Assembly: GCA_014905635.1 (NCBI GenBank)
Contig: JABVCE010000007.1
Span: 186,001 to 250,000 of the forward strand
DNA: 64,000 nucleotides
Direction of reading: 5' to 3'
DNA from: Scenedesmus sp. PABB004
Lineage: Eukaryota
Made by a program: the position numbers and the translations under genes. The notes under the pieces were generated by a model, which had not been told where the DNA came from, made no database searches, and worked only from the letters and a program-made list of their open reading frames with translations. Shown one piece after another: positions 34,777-46,188 of this stretch (the stretch's first letter is position 1; every line of letters starts with the position of its first letter).

Positions 34777-35914
34777 TCACGCGCCGCTGAGCACGTAGCC
34801 GGACGGCTGGGTGCAGCCGACGCCGTTGGGGAACTTGGAGCGCGGGTAGCCGAGCGCATACGTGTTGCCCGGCTCGATGTTGAACACCGGGCAGTAGCAG
34901 GTGTAGGGCGAGCCGTCAAAGGCCCGGCGCCTGTAGCACGCCGCGGTCATGCAGTCGGCCAGGATGCTGGAGCCATCCGCCGCGCCCGTGCAGACCGCCG
35001 CGCCCTGCGGGCACACGGCGTGGCGCGGCACGCGGCGCGCATGGGGCGCGCACGAGCGCGCACGCGGGGCCGGGCGGCTGCCGCGGGCGCGGGGAGGGGC
35101 CAGGCCGGGGCGGGGCGCACCTGGTCGGCGTACGCCGTGAACGTGGAGATGAAGGGCCACTTGCCGCCATAGATCGTGCTGCGCGTGGCAGGGCGGCGGC
35201 GTTCGGCGGGGCGGCGCGTGCCGCGCCGCGCGCCGCGCCGTCTGCAGCCGGCTGCGCGCACCCCTCGTTGATGGCCTTGCACACGGGCGCCGAGTTCACG
35301 GTGACGCAGGTGTTGTTTGCGGTCGTGATCGGGTCCTGGCCACCGAAGCAGGCCGTGACGGTGGCGTTGTACACGCTCGCGCTCTTGATGATGTTGGGCG
35401 TCACGAGGCTGATGCCGATCGGCGCCTCGACGGTGCGCGTGGGGCTGAGGCACCCGCACGCCGCCTGGAGGGGCACGTTGGCGGTGCCGGTGCCGGGAAT
35501 AATGGTGCAGTTGGCCACGCTGCACAGCACGAAGGGGCCCTCGCAGCGCGGCCAGTTGTTGGGGTTGACTGCGGCGCAGCGCGGCGGGCGCGCTGCGTGA
35601 GCAGCAGCGGCAGGCGAGCGGGGAGCGCGCTTGCGCTGCGCCGCACTCGGGGGGTCGAGCACCAGGCGCGTGTAGTCCTGGGACGTGGGGATGCAGGGCC
35701 GCCTCCAGGGCGCGGAGCCGCACTCGCGGCCCCTGCCGCCCTTGTGGTGGTCCTTGTGGCCGCCGTGGCTCCCATGCGCCGGCTGGGCGGCCGCTACGGA
35801 GGCCGCGTCATTATCGGCGGGCGAGGGCTGGGCGTGCGCGGCCAGGAGCGCGCACAGGAGCGCGGCAAGGGCGAGCGCATTGCGCCAGACGGCGGTGCGG
35901 CGAGCGCTCGCCAT
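34777..35914 (-). CDS. Secreted His-rich/Cys-rich protein, copy 2
   Basis: Near-identical to copy 1; start context GCCGCCACCATGG. Confidence 0.9.
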
Positions 35915-36922
35915 GGTGGCGGCTAGGATGGCACGCTTCTATTTCACTATAAAGGAAGGGAATGGTCTAGCAGGCGTGTGCGGCGAAGGCGCGTGGCTGT
36001 GCGCCGCGCCGGCCGGGCGCTCGCTGATGTTCAGCGTTGCGCCCCGCCTTCCACGGGAAGTTCTGCCCGGCCGCCTCGCCAGCTCTGCTGGCCGGCGATG
36101 ATCCGCCGGTCGCAATGGGTGCGCTGCGGGGCGCGATAGCCGCGAGTCACCGGCGCGGCGCGGCGCCGCCCGCTGCTGTCGCGCCGGCCGCGCCGCCCGC
36201 TGCGCTCGAGCCGGCGGCGCCCGGAGCTTGCGCGGGGTTGCGGCACCACCGGCGGGGCCTCGGCGGGTGGCAGCGGTGGCCGGTTGCCGCGCGCGGCAAC
36301 AGCCAGCAGGCACCCGCCGCGCACCGCGCTACTCGCTTCTGCGGGCACCCGAGCGCCCGAAGCATCAGCAGCACCCCGCCGTCCACAACCACACACACGC
36401 GGCTGCATGCGCACACCACCAGTGCGCACGGTGGCGCTAGAGCACGGCACGCTCTGCAGCTGGGCGCTGTCCGCTCATGCATCGACATCAGCTTTGCCCC
36501 GCCAGTGCTGCATCAAAGGCAATCCTAAGATGACATGTCATCCCTCAGAAATCCCTCAGGGATCACGCCGCAACGTTCGCGAGGCAACGGGCCTCTCCGA
36601 TCCCTGTTCAAGATGCCCCACCCCCAAAGCGCTGCCACGCGCACATGAGCCGCATGCAGCCAATGTGCACAAGAATGCCGGCGTGCACAGCGCGCGCGTG
36701 TTGCGGCCGCGGGCGGCGCAACCCCCATGTTTGCCGCATGCTCCGTTGAGTGACGCGCGCCTTGCGCCAACACTCAGCACTGTGCCCGACCCCTGAAGCG
36801 AGACAAATACAGTTATTGACGTGCCGCGCCTGCGCCCGAGCCTCAAGAACGAGTCATGCTGTCACTGCATTTGACACCGCGCGGTCACGCTCTGCCTTGC
36901 GTCTGGCGCGCCGGCACGCAGC

Positions 36923-39900
36923 TCAGTTGTACGTCTCCCGCACGCCGCCGGGGATGGGGAAGGTGAAGTTGGGGCACGGCCCCGCTTGCTTGTCCTCTGC
37001 CAGCGTGGGGCACTTGTACCAGACCACCTTCATGCAGCCGATGTCCTCGTGCTGCGCGGGGCGGCGATCAGACGGGGAGCGCAGGGGTGAGAGCAGAGTG
37101 AGCAACGTTTTGCCCCTGCAGTGGCACCGCGGGAGTCGGCCGGAACGGCCAGCGCCCCCGCGGCGCGGCGGCGCGGCGCTCACCTGCAAGAAGTGGCAGT
37201 GCATGACCGTGTAGCCGCTGTACTGCCCCGGCTGGAAGCGCAGCGGGACGGGGTCCCCGGCGTACTTCGCTAAGATCATGGGCAACTTGAGCGTGTCGTG
37301 GTAGTCGCCGACCTCAAACCAGCTGGTGTAGTTGCCGTCTGGCATGAGCGCGGTGGTGTTGAGCGCCTGGATTTGATAGGGGTTGATGTGCACGTGCATG
37401 GGGTGGAATGCAATTGTGTGAAAGTCCCACTGCACCACCTGTGGCGGGCGGGGGCAGCAGCGGTGAGCGGCGGTGGACAGCAGACAGCGGCGGCGGCGGC
37501 GGCAGCGGCGGCGGCGGGCAGCGCTGGTGGCGCGGGGGTCACCTTGCCCAGCGGCAGCGGCAACGGGTTGCTGTCGGGCACGGAGAACGTCTTGGGCTCC
37601 CCGTCGCTGCCGGAAACAGTGCACGCGATGGTAAACAACTCCTTTGGCTCGGGCGTGTTCGGCAGGTAAAAATTGTCGAAGCCCACCGTGTAGGCGTACA
37701 CGTTGGCGGGGTCGTAGCCTGGCGCGCGCGCGGGCAGCGCGGGAGGGGGCGGCAGGCGGGGGGCGGCGTGGGGAGGGGCGTAGCGGACCCTGCGGCCGCG
37801 CAGGCACGCGCGCTGGCGCGCCGCGCGCGCCCTGCACCCACGCCCCTACGCGCTGCCGCGCGCGGCGCACGTGCGGCTTTCAGGGCCTCGTCGCGTAAAT
37901 CGGTGGCGTAAGCGGGGCGCAGCGGCGTGCAAGCGCGCTCCACGAGCGGCTTCGTCAGCACGGCCGGCACGCCAGGCGGCCGCGCCGTGAGCTTGATCGT
38001 GAAGATCTTGTCCTGCAACCCGGGCAGAGGGCAGGTGTGTGTGTGTGGTGGGGGGGGGGGGCAAGGCGGGCTCGAACATGCGGCCCTTGGGGGCTGCATG
38101 GGGCGGCGCGCCCACCCACACTGACATGCACACCTGGAACAACTGATTGCGCTGAGCCCGATTCACCGGATAGTCATCACCCTTCCAACCGAAGCAGGTG
38201 TCTGAGAAGGGCTGGCATTCGCGCGCCGTGGCGACAAACGTGTCGCCCGGGCGGCCGCGGCAGCGCACGAGCAGCTCGGCGCGGTTGGCGGCGGCAAAAA
38301 ACATCGCGTCCACGCGGCGGGGCAGGGACATGAGGTACACGCCGTCCTTGGCGTACAGCTGCAGCTCGCACGCGTTGGTCGTCTTGTTTGTGGCCGCGTC
38401 GTAAAAGGAAAACACCATGAAGCCCTGCGCGCGCGTGCGTGGCGGGCGCGCACGCGGGCGCGTCAATGGGGGCGGCCGCAGGACGCGCTGGCGCCGTGCG
38501 CGCCGCGCGTGAGCCCGCCCGCCCGCCCGCCGTGCCTTGATCCCGCTGAACAACATCCGCCAGCGCTGCCACACGCCCTCCGGCATGTTATGCACCGGCT
38601 GGTAGCCACTGCGCGGCAAGGGGGCGGAGGCACGACGGGGCTCAGCGCCGACCACTGCAGACAGCCAGCGCCCTCGGCGCGGACGCGCGCGTGCACGCGT
38701 CCAAGGGCTGGGCGGTGCGCCCGCCGCCCGCTCTTGGCTGGGCGGCGCCGCAGCCCTCCCGGCGCACGCGGTCAACCCGCGCACCCGTTGACCATCAACA
38801 CGTCCTGGCCGCGCCCGCGCACCGCGGTGCCGCGCGGGCGCTTGGCGCCGGTCGAGTAGCGGTCCGGGGGGTCACTGATGTTGCCATAGAACTGGAACGG
38901 CCCTGAGGGGGCGGGGGCGGCGCGTGTGCACCCGCAGACGTGCACTGCGCGCCGCCGGCTAGCGCGCAGACACACGCTGTCTGGCGCCCAGGCAGCAGCG
39001 CGCCCGAGTGCACCCCCCAAGCACACAAAAGCACACGCGCCCGCCCACACGCACCGTTGTTGACCTGGTCGGCGTAGCGGCTGAACGTGGTGTACCTCTT
39101 GGGTATTTGCGGCGGCAGCGGTGCCGTCGCACGGGGCGGGTCGGCGTCACGGAAGAAAAACAGCGTCATGTCAAACAACACCTCTTGTGCGGCCTCGATC
39201 ACGGCGCGGAAGTTGGCACAGCCGGTGCGGGGCGGGAGCCAAAAGTCGTTGTCGTCCTCAACGATGATCAGGCCGTGGGCGGTGCCGACCTGGCGGCGCG
39301 GCAATGGCAGCGGGCGGCGGTGGTTTGGCCACGGCGCGGCGATGCGTGGGCTGGGGCACGCACATGCGGCGCAGCGCGCCTGCAGCGAGGTCGACCCGTG
39401 CTGGTGGGGGTGCATCCAGTGGAGGCCGGGCAGGTGGGTGTGGGGGATCTGCGGCCGCGGGTGGTGACGCTCGCGGGTGAGCGCGCGCGCCGCGTGCCGT
39501 CGCCCCCGCCGCCTCGGCACGCCCACCGGCGCTGCCAAGCCGAGCAGCTGTCGCGCAGCGCACCTTGAGATTGAAAATCCTGGTGTCTCCCTTCTCCCTG
39601 GTGCTGTTGCGGGCCTTGATGGTGAAAAATGGGTTGTCGCCCAGCACGTACGTGCCCGCCGTGTCCTGAGACGGCACGCCCAGCTCGGCGTGGATGCCGT
39701 GGGTGTGCACGTTGGTGTTGCCGGGGTTGTGGTAAAAGTCCTCCGTGTCCGACTGGGTGTCCTGCACCAGCATGTTGGTGACCTTGATGCTGCGACGCGG
39801 CAGTGGGCATAGGGTGTGGGTGCGAGCGCGTGGGTGCGCAGGCGCGGAGCACGCCGGAGCGGGCGCGGTGGCCGAGGACCCCGAGGGCGAGGCAGGCCCC

Positions 39901-40593
39901 GGGGCCTCCGCGCGGTGCGGCGTCGAGTGACTCACACATACTTCGAGCCGCGCTTGACGCGCATGGTCGGCGCAAACATCTGCATGCGCGCGCACGGGCG
40001 GGGGGAGTGAGCACGTGGGGCGGTGGGCGGCGTGGCGCGCGCGGGCGCTGCAGCGCGCAGCCAGCGCGTGCGCAACGCCTCACGTGGGCGCGGCCCGTGA
40101 GGTCATCCACATAGGCCGCTGCCGTCATCCTGAACAGCGGCGTGCCCGGCTGGTTGACGGGGCCCTGCGCCCGGCGCGCGCGCGTGCGGGGTGGGGTGGG
40201 GTGGCGGGGGTGTCGCGGGCGCGTGCGCCGCGCGGCGAGGGGCTGCGGCGCGCGCCGCCCGCCCGCGTCCCCTCGCCGATACAAGCACACACAAGCCCAC
40301 CCTCAGCCACGCGCCTTGAACGTCACCGGCGCGAGCGTGAGCGCAAGCGTATCGACCAGGGTCTTTGGTGCCAGCGAGTCGGCGCCGGGCAGGCGGTCGA
40401 GGTCATACTCGGCAGGGAACTCATATGTGTGGTACACCTCGGCCGGGCTGGCAGCCTGGGGCTCGCTGCCCGCCTGGGCCAGCTCCCGGAAGAGCGTGCG
40501 GCGATGCGCGGCGCCCGGCGCCGGCGCCGTCGCGGCCGCCAGCAGCAGCAGCAGCAGGGGCGCGCGCCCGCGGTGCGTGGCCGCGCAGTCCAT
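36923..40593 (-). CDS. Secreted multicopper oxidase, copy 3
   Basis: All four Cu motifs intact; divergent blocks such as WDFHTIAFHPMHVH and WKGDDYPVNRAQRNQLFQ. Confidence 0.93.
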
Positions 40594-41438
40594 GCCGGCC
40601 GCCGCCGGACTGGCGAGGCGACCGCGGGGACGACGTGAGCCGGCTGGGCGTGGAGCGCAGGCGGCCGGGCTGCGCACGCCAGGCGGCGGCAGCAGCGGCC
40701 TGGCTGGCCCAAAGCAATATGATTGCTGCCGAGTCGCCGGGATGGGGCGCGAACGGCGAATATCCGTATCGCAGCGCGGGGCAGCCCAGAGCGCGCGGGA
40801 GGGCAGAGAAAGAGGCTTGTTCTAACATCGTCCCCCCCCCCCCACCGTGCACTGCCGCCCGCAGCTCGCCGTACGGTGCCCGGTTACCCAGTGAACTGCC
40901 GGGCGCCACAGGCGCACTGCCAGGCGCGATCGGCGCGAGGCACCGGCGCGGCGCCGCTGCTCGCGGCGCGAGCGAGCGCGGCACTGCGCGCGCAGGCCGC
41001 AGCGCACGGCGGCGGGGCCTCAGGCGGGGGCAGCGGTTGCTACTGTTGCCCCAACAGCGCTGTAGGCGCTCGCCGCGCCGCGCCGCCCCGAACAGGAGCA
41101 ACCAGAACCAACCACGGCTGACCAGCCGTCTCTATGCAGACGAGTGCGGCGCGCGCGCCAGCGTCGCTTTCGTGAAGGCTCCCCACGCTCCCCATAATCC
41201 ACACACAATGCTGAAGAAAAAGAAAACTAAGCCGGCTCCCGCACGCATGCGCTCCAGCCCACGTTCCGTCAGACCACGTCCCCCCATACCTCGTTCTGCC
41301 AGCCCACATTCTGCCAGCCAGCCCACGTTCTGCCAGCCCCATTCCCGCCAGCCCGTGTGGTGAGTGCATAATTACTCCAGCGAGCAAAGCCCATGCGGAC
41401 GAGGCCGCGCCGCCGCCGCTTTTCTTGTTGTCATTGTT

Positions 41439-42591
41439 TTATCCCCCGCTGAGCACGTAGCCGGACGGCTGGGTGCAGTTGATGCCGTTGGGGAACTTGG
41501 AGCGCGGGTAGCCCAGCGCGTAGGGGGTGTTGGGAGCGAGCTTGAACACCGGGCAGTAGCAGGTGTAGGGCGAGCCGTCAAAGGCCCGGCGCCTGTAGCA
41601 CGCCGCGGTCATGCAGTCGGCCAGGATGCTGGAGCCATCCGCCACGGCGCTGCAAAGCGCCACACCCTGCGGGAACGGTGTGGCGCGGCACGCGGCGCGC
41701 GTGGGGCGCGCACGAGCGCGCACGAGCGCGCACGCGGGGCCGGGCGGCAGCCGCGGGCGCGGGGAGGGGCCAGGCCGGGGCGGGGCGCACCTGGTCGGCG
41801 TACGCCGTGAACGTGGAGATGAAGGGCCACTTGCCGCCATAGATCGTGCTGCGCGTGGCAGGGCGGCGGCGTTCGGCGGGGCGGCGCGTGCCGCGCCGCG
41901 CGCCGCGCCGTCTGCAGCCGGCTGCGCGCACCCCTCGTTGATGGCCTTGCACACGGGCGCCGAGTTCACGGTGACGCAGGTGTTGTTTGCGGTCGTGATC
42001 GGGTCCTGGCCGCCGAAGCAGGCCGTGACGGTGGCGTTGTACACGCTCGCGCTCTTGATGACGTTGGGCGTAATTAGGCTGACGCCGAGCGGCACAGCGT
42101 CGCGCGTGGGGCTGAGGCACCCGCACGCCGCCTGGAGCGGCACGTTGGCGGTGCCGGTGCCGGGAATAATGGTGCAGTTGGCCACGCTGCACAGCACGAA
42201 GGGGCCCTCGCAGCGCGGCCAGTTTCTGACGTCGACTGCGGCGCAGCGCGGCGCGGCGCGCGCGGGTGTGAAGGAACGGCGGCAGTTTCGGTTCCAGCTG
42301 GGCACGCAGCGCTGCGCACGCACTCGGGGCTGTGAGCACTAGGCGCGTGTAGTCCTGGGACGTGGGGATGCAGGGCCGCCTCCAGGGCGCGGAGCCGCAC
42401 TCGCGGCCCCTGCCACCCTTGTGGTGGTCCTTGTGGCCGCCGTGGCTCCCATGCGCCGGCTGGGCGGCCGCTACGGAGGCCGCGTCATTATCGGCGGGCG
42501 AGGGCTGGGCGTGCGCGGCCAGGAGCGCGCACAGGAGCGCGGCAAGGGCGAGCGCATTGCGCCAGACGGCGGTGCGGCGAGCGCTCGCCAT
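41439..42591 (-). CDS. Secreted His-rich/Cys-rich protein, copy 3 (most divergent)
   Basis: Same Cys scaffold; variant segments DVRNWPR, RDAVPLGVSLIT, FKLAPNTPY; ends VLSGG* (TAA). Confidence 0.9.
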
Positions 42592-43018
42592 GGTGGCGGC
42601 TAGGATGGCACGCTTCTATTTCACTATTAAGGGGAGGAGTGGTCTAGCAGGCGTGCGCGGCGCGCGGAGGCGCGGCTGGATGGGAGGGTGAGGATTTGTT
42701 TGTGAGCGTTCGCCTGTGCGGCGCACAAAGTGCACCCGCACCTCGCCACCGTACGATTGGTACGACAGTAAGCTGCCGGCCGCCATGCGCGCTGCGGGGC
42801 GCGATAGCCCCGAGTCACCGGCGCGGCGCGGCGGCGCCCGCTGCTGTCGCGCGCCTGCGGCGCCCGCGGCTTGCGCAAGGTCGCAGCGACGGCGGGGGGC
42901 CTCGGCGGGTGGCAGCGGTGGTACCGCTGCGCGTGTTGCACACACAACGCTGCAGCCGCGGCCCGCACACGCACACGCGCGATCGCTGCGCACGCTTGGT
43001 GGCGCGGGGCGCACAGGC

Positions 43019-45179
43019 TCAGATGCCGGCGCCGTCGGCCTCCTCGCCGGTCGCCGCGAGCGCGTCCAGCTCCTGGCACACTGCGTCGGCGGCGGGCGGC
43101 AGCGGGCATCAGCAGGCGGCCGGCGGCCGGCCGCGCGCGCCTGCACGGGCGCACGCGCTCGCGCGCAGCCGCGCACGGCGCGGCGCTCACGTGAGTAGGC
43201 GTCGGGAAGGTAGGGGAAGCTCAGCACGTACGCGGTGGCCAGCTGGCGGCGCGAGAGCGCGTTGACAAACTGCAGGCCCTGCAGGAAGTGCTGCAGCTTC
43301 ACCGCGTGGTTGATGCGATCCAGCGCCCGCTCGAGCGCGCGCTGCTCCTCGCAGCCGACCTGCGCGGCGCGCGCGCGCGGCGCTCGGGCGCGCGCGGGCG
43401 CCGCTCGCAGCGTGCGGCGCGGCGGCACGCCTGCGCTGGCGGCGCCGCGGCCGCGCGACGCGCACACACCTGCAGCAGCACCTCCTCGTGCGCGCTGCGC
43501 GGCCCGGGCGGCTCCTCCGCCTCGATCGGCCGCAACGAGGGCGGCGGCCGGCCTGCGGAGCCCGCGCCCGGCTGGTGCTGCAGTGCCGGCAGCACGGGGC
43601 TCGTCGCGCCGGGCGTCGCCAGCGACGCGAGCACGGGGCTGGCCTGCGCAGGCGCGCTCGAAACCTCGCCCCCCACGCCGCCGCACGTGCCGCCGCCGAA
43701 CGCCGAGCCCTGCTCGCCGGCCGACAGCGCCGGCAGCGGCTCCAGCAGCGCCGCGTCCAGCGGGCCGTCGTGGCGGCTGAAGCTGTCGAGCAGCTCGAGC
43801 ATGCTCGGCGCGGCGGGGCCGGTGAAGCTGGGCAGCTGGTCGAGCGCGAGCGGCGGCGCCGCAGCGGCACCGCCGCCGTCGGCGGCCGCCGCGGCCGCCG
43901 CCATCTCCTGCTGCAAGCTGCCGCTCAGCGCGGCGCCGTCGCCGCCGCCGCCGGGCAGCGACGCGCGCGGCCGCGCGGCGGCCTTCTGGCTGCTCGCCGC
44001 GGCGAGCTCCGGCAGCATCGCCTGCTGCGTGGCCTCCTCGAAGCGCCTGAAGTGCGCCGACTGCGCGGCCTGCAGCTGGCGCAGGCGCGCGATGAGGGCC
44101 TGGTGCTGCGCGGTCAGCAGCGAGCCCTGCGTCGCGACGCGCCGCCACGACGCGCGCAGCGAGGCCGTCTGCTCCGCGCTCAGGCTCAGGCCCTGCGCGC
44201 GCCGCCGCGGGCGCGGTGAGCGCGTGCGTGCAGACGCGCCCGCGCCGCGCCGCGCCGCGCCGCGCTTGGGGTCGCACGCGTCGCCCCGCGCGTGTGCGCG
44301 CACGCGCACCCGCGCGACGTTTTGCCACCAGTTGGCTGGCTGCGCCTCGGCGCGGCCGCTCTCGAGGTTTACGTGCAGGCTCTCCAGGTGCGCCTGGGGC
44401 ACGTCGAGCAGCCCCGCGATGAGCACGCGCGTCGCCGCGGCGTCGACGAGCGCGTCGACGCGCGCGCGCACGCTCGCCGCGGGCGCGCCGCCGGGGCCGA
44501 CGAGCGCCGACAGCGCGCCCCGCCCCGGGCCGCCGGTCGAGCCGGGGTCAAAGTCGTACTTGGGCAGCAGCAGCGCGAGCTGGTTGACCGTGGCGCACCA
44601 GAATGCCGCGCGCGCGCCGGCGTCGAGCTCCAGGTAGGCCAGCGCGGGCCCGGGGTCGGCCGTCGCGGCCCGCAGCAGCACGGTGGAGTAGAGCTCATCG
44701 TACGGCGCTGCGCGACGCCGGCGCCGCGGCGGCCGCGGCGGGTGTGAGCGAGCGAGCGCGGCGCAGCGCAGCGAGCGAGCGGGGTCGGGCGTGCGAAGCC
44801 GCGCCGCACGTGCGCGTGTGCGCGCGGTCGCGGCCGCGCGCACCCGAGCCGAGCTGCTGCAGCACGCGCTGTATCGCCGCCTCGCGCGCCTCGATCTGCG
44901 CCAGCAGCGCCGCCGCCGCGGGCGCGGGGCTCGGCGGCCGCGGCTCGCCGCCGCCCGGGCGGCGCCGTCGCCGCTCGTGGCGGGCGACGACGCCTGGCGC
45001 TTGAGCAGGTGCGCCTGCAGGCTCACGCCGCCCTCCACGCCGCCGATGAAGGTGCTCAGCGCGCGGTCCTTCTGCCGCAGCGCCGCGTTCTCCTCCTGCA
45101 GCAGCTTCACCTCTGCGAGCTTGCGGCTCAGCTGCGCCTCGAGCTCGTTCACGCTGCGCGTGTACTTGTTGCCCGACAT
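43019..45179 (-). CDS. bZIP-like leucine-zipper protein of chlorophyte type (one apparent frameshift near 44955)
   Basis: N-terminal heptads ELEAQLSRKLAEVKLLQEENAALRQKDRAL; WWQNVAR|GLSLSAEQ; C-terminal LSRRQLATAYVLSFPYLPD; GT-AG introns. Confidence 0.65.
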
Positions 45180-46188
45180 GGCCGCACGGGCGACGGGGCG
45201 GCGGCGACGCCGACGGCAAAGGCGGCCGCGGCGATGGCGCGCGGGCCCGCGCGGCCGGCAGCGGCGGCCCGCGCGCTGGCCGCGCCGGCGTCCGGCGCGG
45301 GCGGGCGGGGCGCGGCGGCGGCGCGCCTGCGCCGGCGGACACGGCCAACGCGCCACCAGGGACGCGTCAGGGCGCGCCCACGCGCGGCCTGGGCGCCTGC
45401 CGCATGGCACGGCGGCAGCAGCAGCAGCGGCGCGGCGCGGCCGCTGCCCGACGCCGCAGCGCCGCCCGGCGCGTGCGGGCGGGCCGCCCGGCGCGTGCGA
45501 GGCGCCCAGGCCGCACCTCTCACGCGCCAGCGGCGCCGAGCGCGATGTGTTCGCCCGGCCACGTGGGCGGGCGTCCAGAGTGTGAACGAGCGCCGGCGCG
45601 GTGGGGCGTCTGGGCGTGCCAAAGCCGGTCTCTCTCACGCGGCGCAGGCCCAGGGGCGCGGGCGCAGGACCGCCGTCGCAGCACCGCGCCGCTGCGCCCG
45701 CCGAGCTGGCGGCGGTGGGCGGGGTCCTTCCGTGTGCTGCCCTCCACTCCCCCCGCGCGCATTGGAGCAGCCCGTGTCACCGCATCCCCCCAGCGACCGA
45801 CCGACGCCGGAGCGGCCACCCGCACGCCCTCGCCTTCCAGGTGAGCTGCGCGAGCGGCCTGGGGCGAGGACGCGCGCGTGATGCGCATTACGCTCACGGG
45901 TCGCATTAGGGGGCTGCGCGGCGCGATCGGGCGCCCCGCGGTGAGGGGGTCGAGGATGCCGGCCCCCGACAGCCTCCCCCGCCGCCCCTGGGCGCCGGGC
46001 GATTGCGCGGGACGGCCGTGACGCCTGCCCGGGGCGGGTCGCATGCCTTCGGGCGGCGCGGCCGATCCGGCGGGCCCCACGCGCGCCGCGGCGGGCCGAC
46101 GCCGACGCGCTGCCGTGCCGCGCCGCCCGCCGCCGCCCGCAGGCGCCCCCACCACCTCCCCCCTGCCCCCCTTCACGCAGCCAGCGCG

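Larger units (their letters stand above)
22380..42930 (-). repeat. Triple tandem duplication, ~7 kb unit, each unit = multicopper oxidase + Cys-rich secreted protein
   Basis: Oxidase stops at 22721, 29863, 36923; partner stops at 27742, 34777, 41439; exons, introns and intergenic DNA align between copies. Outer boundaries approximate. Confidence 0.95.

Noticed and set aside
22380..42930. Array as a transposon or viral insertion
   Set aside because: No transposase, reverse transcriptase, terminal repeats or viral genes seen; genes carry host-type introns.
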